Assembly (NCBI GenBank): GCA_041650995.1
Contig: JBAZJZ010000001.1
Location: forward strand, 427,302-491,301
From: Patescibacteria group bacterium
GTDB lineage: Bacteria; Patescibacteriota; Patescibacteriia; XYB2-FULL-38-15
Reading direction: 5' to 3'
DNA: 64,000 bases
The translations under genes were made by a program, and so were the position numbers. The notes beneath the pieces were generated by a model that saw only the letters and a program-made list of their open reading frames with translations, searched no databases and had not been told where the DNA came from. Positions 60,001-64,000 of the stretch are shown here, one piece after another. Each line of letters begins with the position of its first letter. Positions within the stretch are counted from its first letter, which is position 1.

Positions 60001-62390
60001 GGGGACATTGAGGCATTGTAAAAAGCGATACTGACTGTTGTCGCCGTATCTCCACTTGGAAATGAATGAGTAACCTGATATCTCTGCCACGACGTTTCCG
60101 AAGGTGCTGGAGTATTTCTTGCAGTGATCGTTCCGCCAAAATCAAACGTGCTGGACGCAGCGCAACCTTTGGCATAAAGGGAAAGAGTAAAAGTTCTGCC
60201 GCCGCGCTCCTTATCCAATCGAACCGTTTGACCGATGACTCCGCTTGCCTTTATTGCGGTTCGGCCGAAATAGGTGTCCGAAGCAGCTTCCGCGTTTGGA
60301 TCGCCGTACACCCCCCAAGGAATTGGCCAAGAAGCAAATTCATCTTTAACACCATCACCAGCCGTTCCGGTAAAATTTTCAAAACTGCTGTTACTAACTA
60401 AATTTAATTTTGTATCCGACGTTGTCCGTAAAAATTCATTACAACCCGGCTCGTCGCATTGAGTAATATTTTTATTAAAGAAAATTCTGTCTGATCGGCG
60501 GGCCGCGGTTCCCGAACCAGTAAGCGTATCTTGCCAGAGCCAGTCGTCCCCGACTTTTGATTGTCGAGTTGAATACCAACGGCAGCCAATGTCATCGGCA
60601 TTGCAAGGCGGACCATAATCAACCGTGTTTGTGACATAAGAAACATTTTGCCCGTCGCTTCGTTTTAAAAGCTTACAAGTATCGTATTGCGCATCACACT
60701 TATCTCCGTCCAGCCGCCAGATATTTTTTTCTCTGGTGCAATAACCCCAGCCGCCTTCGCAATTTCCTTGGTCATCTTCAGCAATACAAGTCGGTGAATC
60801 AACACATGTTTCCTGGCGGAAACTGTTTTCCGTGGTTTGAAGCAACGGCCCATAAACCCGCGCGCGGCATTGCTCGGCCGGCGCTTTCAAAATCCAGTCT
60901 GGATCAATTAAATGACAATACGGATGCTCAGTATCGGCTTTACCTTCTGGATAAGCCGGATCGGTATAATTACAATCATGAAACCGATCAACTACTTCTT
61001 TTAAACTTACGGGTTCGCTGCTTGTTTGACTTTGCGCGGCAATTTCCCAACCAATGGAAATAATTCTCGCCTTTCTTAATTTAACGAGATTGCTATAGCA
61101 ATAGCCATAAGTGTAACAATTTGGATCCTGATTTTTTGCTGTGTTTGAAGGAGGAAATAGTGGCCACTCGCCGTGCAAATATTCCTGTTTGATCGCCTCG
61201 CTAATCGTGAGCGCCTCTCCGGTTTGCGCCTGCCGGACCGCGGCTTCAAATTTTCCATCCATCACGCAATTATTTGTGCCTTTAAATTTTTCAGGACAAA
61301 CAATAAAATCAGATAAGATATCGTAAGTGCCGCCTTCTTTAATTTGCGGCACAAGCAAATCGGCAAAAGCCAGCTCCGCGGCACGCCGTCCGCCCCAGGC
61401 TGTTCCCTCTTTTGAGGTCGCGTCCTCACCCTTCGGAAAAAGATCCGCCAGAGAATACATCCCTTTACTAAAAATATTCTCCATTGTTTTGGAAAGCAGG
61501 GTACTTACAAAAGTTGATACCATCACCGAAAGTATTCCCTGTGCCCCAGCCGAGAGCGCCTGGCCAGAAAGACTCCACTTTAATTGTTCCGCGTCAACCG
61601 GACCCTCAGTTTGAATTTCCGAAGTTTGGCGAATAACTTCCGCCGGAGTTTTTACTTTTCCGCTGATAAGTTCTGATGAAGGTAAAAAACCTTGCCCTTC
61701 TTCTCTGGTTAAGGCTGCCGTATCAGAAGCGCTTCTTTCCGCATTGAATGCTCCGACATACGCGCTCATTGCTAAATCAAGATCCGTGCCTGCTCCGTAA
61801 CCAATTTGAAACTGCGAAGCTGCTTCCCGTAAAAAATCTTCTGTTTGCACTTCAGCGATAAATGACTCCCAGTTTGAACGAATCGACGACCATTCGCAAG
61901 TTGGTGGCGGCAATCCGTCCGCGTATGTTTGGGCTAACTGCAGCTGAAGAGCAAGTCCCAGTCTCGGATTTGGCGGAGCGCAAAAATTAACACCAACCAT
62001 TTCGCCAAAACTTCCGATAAATTCACCTGCCGCGTCTAAAGCGGCGTTACCTAAATAATCTCCCCAACCTTCAGTGGAAAAAAGCGGCATCTGTCCGCCC
62101 CCGCCGGAAGCCAGACTAACAGCCAAATCATACGATAATTTTTGCATGAAGCGCGAGGCGGCGTTAATCAAAGCCATTGTTCCCGCATTCACTACCAGAA
62201 CTTTCAAAAAATCTTTTATGTTTTTAATTGTTGTTTGGGCGCCAGTTACCGGGTCGGAAACAACCATTTGCGCCTCGGCCGGACGAGCATATAAAAAGAC
62301 GCCGGAAACAACCTGGGTCAAAATAAAACAAATCAAAACCGCGCTAACAGTCCATTTTTTTACTTTATAATTTCTCTGGATAACAGACAT
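54045..62390 (-). CDS. giant secreted Cys-rich surface protein (2781 aa) with two carbohydrate-binding-like modules
   Basis: Signal peptide ending AEA-QMVVSDP; many Cys pairs; NLVSNSSFE...FTLSLYAKG...IDAVQLE and DNFDD...YTLSFWAKG...YIDNI resemble CBM4/9-like jelly rolls. Confidence 0.85.
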   Translation of the reverse strand: MSVIQRNYKVKKWTVSAVLICFILTQVVSGVFLYARPAEAQMVVSDPVTGAQTTIKNIKDFLKVLVVNAGTMALINAASRFMQKLSYDLAVSLASGGGGQMPLFSTEGWGDYLGNAALDAAGEFIGSFGEMVGVNFCAPPNPRLGLALQLQLAQTYADGLPPPTCEWSSIRSNWESFIAEVQTEDFLREAASQFQIGYGAGTDLDLAMSAYVGAFNAERSASDTAALTREEGQGFLPSSELISGKVKTPAEVIRQTSEIQTEGPVDAEQLKWSLSGQALSAGAQGILSVMVSTFVSTLLSKTMENIFSKGMYSLADLFPKGEDATSKEGTAWGGRRAAELAFADLLVPQIKEGGTYDILSDFIVCPEKFKGTNNCVMDGKFEAAVRQAQTGEALTISEAIKQEYLHGEWPLFPPSNTAKNQDPNCYTYGYCYSNLVKLRKARIISIGWEIAAQSQTSSEPVSLKEVVDRFHDCNYTDPAYPEGKADTEHPYCHLIDPDWILKAPAEQCRARVYGPLLQTTENSFRQETCVDSPTCIAEDDQGNCEGGWGYCTREKNIWRLDGDKCDAQYDTCKLLKRSDGQNVSYVTNTVDYGPPCNADDIGCRWYSTRQSKVGDDWLWQDTLTGSGTAARRSDRIFFNKNITQCDEPGCNEFLRTTSDTKLNLVSNSSFENFTGTAGDGVKDEFASWPIPWGVYGDPNAEAASDTYFGRTAIKASGVIGQTVRLDKERGGRTFTLSLYAKGCAASSTFDFGGTITARNTPAPSETSWQRYQVTHSFPSGDTATTVSIAFYNASMSPSAPCLIDAVQLEEGFFASQYHEGWGRTGEALYLKAAPDYYSCYDYTSTGALNKTNDAEQCQNYAKACEEKDVGCDEFRPTNGDPSVPGVASYPDDYCPAECVGYQTFKQVATDFEQDKFPVYFIPTTGRTCNAADVGCDQFTSLENEAVANFSVIRRCEKPGATGAAFYTWEGSDTTGYQLKTWNLKMGGATTPDSDPSGGVPPCTALLSDGLTCDSASFVGLCTKADSLINPDCREFYDSAGLKHYRLYSKTIIMTDDCHPYRKTISSTADCGTSGGRWDAVKSECAYNVYLPESRTCSNEAVGCRAYRGNAGANTAVILNDNFDDSSIANWDEADLPVISSESLVVGGKSLSFGATGTLDKNLGSAVRQNGLYTLSFWAKGNSRLDIKFLGATSSGKEFSSATKSPTNLSFDWRYFSLGPVYVDWSVAGGGETLRIASVGGTTPVYIDNIILREIQSYIYVVKNSWNTPASCDRSFAVDFSIADQGDCATAGGSWSSDRSECIISALLPQAQLGCASYYDRANGLHYLKSFSRLCSPDAAGCAKLLKTNNNTSATAETFNTENDSEPALSEEERLSDNVTIPTDSYAYIVVNDEYKCAAQNKGCAEFGSPTLDAAGNVKVGDDGKPQYDTVNLLANPALYNSPTGRILCQVGFLSCEEYTTTDGGKMYFKDPGVRLCEWKDNVTVSGQNVSGWFKKGSNPLEPCDPANFSGGYYNIWKNGDANCSLPYVCQNTAGCACTVGTAGATGKTGTTCTVSYNKRSCPYSGWVGECIPQADRCTKFVDPADTSDDPLGAAYYYIKNDKISSGNCNGMASQKTGCALFNDTSNPQLTYNANATYLSSEKKTGDPGGLVAPIDCTKQNCKLCVNGSIRGSSLDTYEISGVTCNTDADCPGDPAPRPGASGWRCLSTFDLGGQRVVQISCPIGSPAPECRITYRGQTSIYTSGGPQRIAVNPNDSNTLIQVRRDRVCGEWLTCSGTTSTFDPQTGRQKVLCNTVTSCRQYAKVGQATAQCTDSNFTPETSRKILSKDLYVSRDVTFKGMDYSGDSIYNQYQAFDLRAVNIGTEESPVQTLGFVDDRCFDAAGSVISCATHPPGFCASETNGSRCGDNGKCFNNICITNFRGDPFAPGALLAMTEENAEKISCRAYPEQSSPFPNSVVKNWSPLSKQPGFSGANICENGEDCECSYKKASYGSGALTKYFDKDNVSLPSICVGGKEPGKTCADDSECLGDGKCYSAEKIDVVLGWSGFCLERDTSTSINGKPDQLACLTWYPMDQIPGMPDLYNNYETAGFPLGNKYYCLEAGVFRNLSPVGFDSEDDRECAELGGYSGCVGGEDCYCHAERGEALGACAKNITQCDPVNDFALITHCEYEGWCEEDIGDNDCPYRCVPKNSKRPDDSSCNLTRAADRINSNGLEVYYVDNLRETFDQFKDCRREGGVEEGAGYRKYASHSDPFIGCKVFYQVAGTSDRDANKAWTDRIWQDGGHPVVADPYQSLLGYFYDVEPRPFGASSSDPLNDFLTIPTCRKDTDNLTISLTNPDLSCPASGFTKYPEEGVGLTVPNEDRSYTSVYRSPAAGGTSCRVAEDCTRNWICGNVQCHKSCADDAECGAMGPCVFGGSTGRGYCQASTPLADSDFTGDLVRECNFIAGYSPSAPIGECKTIGGTALPRQCTTHEECRNFDCISGVCVQAGSEPAGSVEKETSRAAHERIRQLFAKRYGLFTWDSLTAVYSGSDVPPADITDTSKSGALPAGVTAWPSPPQIWPITDCQGDKCKPLMEEGPNLIQGISVNGIDGTGLTPSGASEPVNVVGYGGELYAVMQFFGTADKNAGPITKVVVDWNAGPGTSSTTTGRYKNHLGREGCDNRDFAHSTGACTEDHFYFTNIYNCPSNAASTVRACVSDSDSNCFAAVCPENVDGAIPGNGSCCVFKPRVQLTDNWGWCNGSCTGRVNGCYDSECSPEREGESGINHWTYFSGKVIVVPR

Positions 62391-62400
62391 AACTGAAGAT

Positions 62401-62805
62401 GAATTATGAATCAGGAATTATGAATTATGGTTTTTGATTTTTTGATTAAACCGTTAGTAATTTTATTCACCTTAATGGTCTGTTCGGCAATTCTATTAAA
62501 ATCTGCTCCGGCAATATAACCAATATCTCTGGCCACTAATAATTGATTCTGAATTTCCGTTAAAGAGCCAAGCGCCATTGAATAAAATTGTAATTTTTCT
62601 TTGAAGGACTGCCTACTAAATCCTTCGGCAATATTTGATGTAAAAGAAATTCCCGCGCGGCGCAGTTGATTTGTCAAACAAAATAATTCCTCCCTGGGAA
62701 ATATCTTCGTCAATTTGTAAATGTCCAAAACTAATTTATGTCCTTCTTTCCACGCATCGAGGTCGGTAAAAGATTTTATCTTCCCTGATTCCTGATTCAT
62801 AATTC
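62401..62805. repeat. perfect 18-bp inverted repeat bracketing the four-helix-bundle gene
   Basis: GAATTATGAATCAGGAAT at 62401-62418 and its reverse complement ATTCCTGATTCATAATTC at 62788-62805. Confidence 0.85.
62411..62800 (-). CDS. four helix bundle protein (23S rRNA IVS protein/Avd-like family)
   Basis: SF.DL.AWK..H.L...IY.LT..FP.EE.F.L..Q.RRA..S...NIAEGF.R...F...A.GSL.E..Q pattern. Confidence 0.92.
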   Translation of the reverse strand: MNQESGKIKSFTDLDAWKEGHKLVLDIYKLTKIFPREELFCLTNQLRRAGISFTSNIAEGFSRQSFKEKLQFYSMALGSLTEIQNQLLVARDIGYIAGADFNRIAEQTIKVNKITNGLIKKSKTIIHNS

Positions 62806-63567
62806 CTAATTCCCCTTATTCACCGTCTCTTCAAAAATTTTCATCAAAGTTGCGTCATCAACGCTATTTAAAGTTGCATCGTCAACTCCGGCCTGCCGTA
62901 AAAGTTCTCGGAGTTGGGACGGCGTCATCTCGCTAATGTTAACATTTGTTGGCAATGTGGAATTCGTGTTTGTATTGCTTGGTACTACCGCCCCGCCTGA
63001 TTCGCGGAGGGTTTCGTTATAAAGTTCTAAAAGAGTTTTATCATCAAGTTTATTCAAAGTTGCGTCATCAACTCCGGCCTGCCGCAGGGCGTCGCGCACT
63101 TCTTCCGCCGTGGCTGTTCCGGCTAATAATCCTCCCAATTCTTCCTCAACGGGCGGCGTGACTATTGGCTCGGCTTTTGCCGCCCCCTCCTCTCCGGCCT
63201 TGGAGCAAATTTTCCCCGCCGGGCAATTCGGATCGTTTCCTGAAGAAATTTCTTCTTTATCAGAAAACCCGTCTGAATCAGAATCGGCTAAATATGAACT
63301 CGTTCCATAAATATAGATTTCATCATAATCGGTTAATCCATCTCCATCTGTATCGGTCTCTTTCATGGCGGCCAATTTTTCCGCGTCTGCTTCAAGCTGC
63401 GATTTCCATAACCCTATATCTTGGCCGTATCTGGCGAAAGGGGCGCGCAAATATTTGGGATATTGCCAAATTATTCCTAGAACAGCAATCACGCATAAAA
63501 TCACCAAAATCGTCACCCCAATTTTGATTCGGCGTTCTTTTTCGGGTTCATTTTTTATTCCTTCCAT
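62806..63567 (-). CDS. membrane-anchored protein with Ca-binding DxDxDG repeats and a duplicated C-terminal helix motif
   Basis: TM; DTDGDGLTDYDE...DSDSDGFSDKEE; LRQAGVDDATL occurs twice. Confidence 0.75.
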   Translation of the reverse strand: MEGIKNEPEKERRIKIGVTILVILCVIAVLGIIWQYPKYLRAPFARYGQDIGLWKSQLEADAEKLAAMKETDTDGDGLTDYDEIYIYGTSSYLADSDSDGFSDKEEISSGNDPNCPAGKICSKAGEEGAAKAEPIVTPPVEEELGGLLAGTATAEEVRDALRQAGVDDATLNKLDDKTLLELYNETLRESGGAVVPSNTNTNSTLPTNVNISEMTPSQLRELLRQAGVDDATLNSVDDATLMKIFEETVNKGN

Positions 63568-63612
63568 ACTTTAATATAGTATAGCATAAAAGAAATACAC
63601 AATCAAAATCAA

Positions 63613-63693
63613 ATAATTACCTAATTACCAATTACTTAATTACCAAATTTGACACGCTATTTAGCAATTGGTAATTGAGTAATTTAGTAATTA
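63613..63693. repeat. short-unit (AATTAC-based) inverted repeat array overlapping the rsmA stop
   Basis: AATTACCT-AATTACC-AATTACTT-AATTACC ... GGTAATTGAGTAATTTAGTAATT. Confidence 0.7.
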
Positions 63694-64000
63694 AGCGCTT
63701 GAACCAGCTTTACCCAATTATCCACACCCAAATCCTGGGCGCGTACTCGTTCATCGAAACCCAAATTGACTAAAACTTCTTTAATTTTTTTATTCGACAA
63801 CCGCAAACCCCCGGCTAAATTATTTTGCAGCTGCTTGCGCCGCGAAGAAAAACCAATTTTAGCCAGACGAAAAAATTTTTCCGGGGCAATTTCTTTTTTA
63901 TTTCTTTCGTAAATATTTTTTATGTTAGAAATTTTTATAATCGCCGAATCAACTTCCGGTTCCGGCCAAAAAGCGCGTCTAGGAACAATGTCCACAATTT
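63684..64000 (-). CDS. rsmA: 16S rRNA dimethyltransferase, 3' end (gene starts beyond the window)
   Basis: VP..AFWP.PEVDSAI, GFSSRRKQL.NNL and RAQDL...W motifs. Confidence 0.88.
   Translation of the reverse strand, partial: IVDIVPRRAFWPEPEVDSAIIKISNIKNIYERNKKEIAPEKFFRLAKIGFSSRRKQLQNNLAGGLRLSNKKIKEVLVNLGFDERVRAQDLGVDNWVKLVQALNY

Noticed and set aside
54045-62390. Numerous short ORFs nested within the giant gene
   Set aside because: They are alternative-frame or antisense ORFs without ribosome sites or recognisable motifs.
52559-62800. Diversity-generating retroelement (Avd-like gene plus duplicated C-terminal region as template/variable repeat)
   Set aside because: No reverse transcriptase is present in the window, and differences between the copies are mostly silent third-position changes of mixed type rather than adenine-specific.
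23356-63693. CRISPR array interpretation of the intergenic repeats
   Set aside because: Units are 7-8 bp, tandem and inverted, without unique spacers, and no cas genes are present.

Overview
This is an AT-rich bacterial chromosome segment read with the standard code (TGA is stop). Gene content points to a Patescibacteria/CPR (Parcubacteria-like) genome, which is an inference: a PrgI/VirB4/VirB6 cluster without relaxase, VirB2-like pilins, a giant Cys-rich surface protein, and core genes mostly lacking Shine-Dalgarno sites. Housekeeping genes include a thymidylate operon (dcd/dut-like, GNAT, thyA, folA, a kinase, tmk), gatB, miaA, miaB, thrS, dnaE, pheST, rseP, murI, a phosphomannomutase, lemA-htpX, radA, mpg, recG, comF, the 3' end of rsmA, and three tRNAs (Arg-GCG, Ser-GCT, Ser-TGA). 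The most unusual structures are: (1) downstream of a 2781-aa Cys-rich gene, a tandem two-unit array, each unit being a promoter with structured leader, a GC-rich acidic lipoprotein, and a convergent copy of the giant protein's C-terminal tip. The spare tip is 5'-truncated yet differs almost only at silent sites in its core, and one lipoprotein is frameshifted at a (CT)5 tract. (2) Two adjacent pilin genes share an identical 855-bp block but carry different putative cell-wall enzymes (3D plus SGNH versus NlpC/P60-like). (3) A four-helix-bundle (Avd/IVS-like) gene is bracketed by a perfect 18-bp inverted repeat, and gene-less short-unit inverted arrays sit in other operon gaps. (4) The ThyA has most phosphate-binding arginines replaced. 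(5) Two microproteins share a CxH-x6-CxxC motif. All calls are by eye and no searches were run.
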